Source of the DNA: Armatimonadota bacterium
Lineage (GTDB): Bacteria; Armatimonadota; Armatimonadia; Armatimonadales; Armatimonadaceae
Reading direction: 5' to 3'
Assembly (NCBI GenBank): GCA_043754515.1
Contig: JAYUUO010000153.1
Location: 1-36,464, forward strand
Length of the DNA: 36,464 nt
In this document: one piece after another, positions 35,833 through 36,464 of the stretch
Layout of the letters: each line of letters opens with the position of its first letter
Position numbering within the stretch: position 1 is the stretch's first letter
The notes under the pieces: model-generated
Told to the model about the DNA's origin: nothing
Seen by the model: only the letters and a program-made list of their open reading frames with translations
Database searches by the model: none
Translations under genes and position numbers: made by a program

Positions 35833-36464
35833 GTGCCGATCCTGCCGCATCTGCTCTGGTGGCAATGGCTATTAGCGGTGCTGGGTGCCTGTCTCGTCGG
35901 GGTCAGCAAGACCGGCATCGCGGGCGTCGGCATCATCGCGGTCGCGCTGTTCCCGCTCGTGTGGGGCAGTAAAGCGGCCGGGATCGCGCTCCTGATCCTG
36001 ATCCCCGCCGACTGCGTCGCCATCGCCGCCTATCCGCCGAAAAACGTTCGCTGGGACATCTGGCGCGGCATGTTCCCGTGGGCCGTGTCGGGCGTCGTGA
36101 TCGGCGCGGGCGTCATGCGCTATGTCAGCGACGCCAGCGCGATTAAGCGCATCATCGGCGGCATCCTGCTTCTCATTGTCGCCCTGCAACTGTTGTCGCG
36201 GGCGATGCGGTCGCGGAAGGTGTCGCCCCCGCACGCGGCGGATGTCGGGGTTCCGGAGGAAGCCGGCCTGTACGTTACCGCACTTGCCGGGATCGTCACG
36301 GGCTTCGCGACCATGATCGCGAACGCGGCGGGCCCGGTGATGATCCTGTATCTGTTGCCACGCCGACTGCCGAAACTCCAGTTCATCGCCACCACGGCGT
36401 GGTTTTTCTTCGCGCTAAATCTGCTCAAGGTGCCGTTCTCGGTCGGAGCGGGGATGATGAACGC
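35833..36464 (+). CDS. TauE/SafE-family (sulfite exporter) membrane protein, partial
   Basis: Own translation from GTG 35833: ...LVGVSKTGIAGVG...GFATMIANAAGPVMILYLL..RLPKLQFIATTAWFFFALNLLKVPF. Runs off the right edge and is not in the ORF track. Confidence 0.87.
   Translation, partial: MPILPHLLWWQWLLAVLGACLVGVSKTGIAGVGIIAVALFPLVWGSKAAGIALLILIPADCVAIAAYPPKNVRWDIWRGMFPWAVSGVVIGAGVMRYVSDASAIKRIIGGILLLIVALQLLSRAMRSRKVSPPHAADVGVPEEAGLYVTALAGIVTGFATMIANAAGPVMILYLLPRRLPKLQFIATTAWFFFALNLLKVPFSVGAGMMN

Overview
Bacterial chromosomal window, GC-rich, probably Armatimonadota: the DUF1559 prepilin/H-X9-DG protein with the 'LFPVFARSREKAR..CLSN' signature suggests this. (1) 1-~5830 is the right end of a lower-GC integrative element inserted at the 3' end of tRNA-Thr(CGT). 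It carries the 5' part of a SNF2 helicase (absent from the ORF track), a RecB-like nuclease pseudogene, a decayed IS3 with five short palindromic insertions, an inverted copy of the tRNA 5' half, an XRE regulator, an excisionase and a tyrosine integrase. (2) ~6000-26000 is an ion/metal homeostasis cluster: candidate fluoride riboswitch plus CLC-F antiporter, CDF-like transporter, ferric-reductase-like protein, DUF1559 protein, ZIP transporter, P-II remnant, ArsR regulator with an exported Cys-rich peptide, czcCBA, and a second RND system whose permease is fused to a TolC-like domain. Each RND operon is headed by a Cys-rich exported leader ORF ending in RGPP...RAPP, immediately followed by a sequence complementary to the next gene's Shine-Dalgarno. 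This looks like ribosome-arrest-controlled metal efflux and is the most interesting system here. The second operon also carries three copies of an unfamiliar CxxC..HF.DP.DGGKL domain. (3) 26000-36464 holds a GH18-CE4-GT2 fusion, rlmH followed by a small foreign islet, wecB, an AI-2E transporter, uppP and a partial TauE/SafE gene. All calls come from reading motifs by eye; no searches were run.
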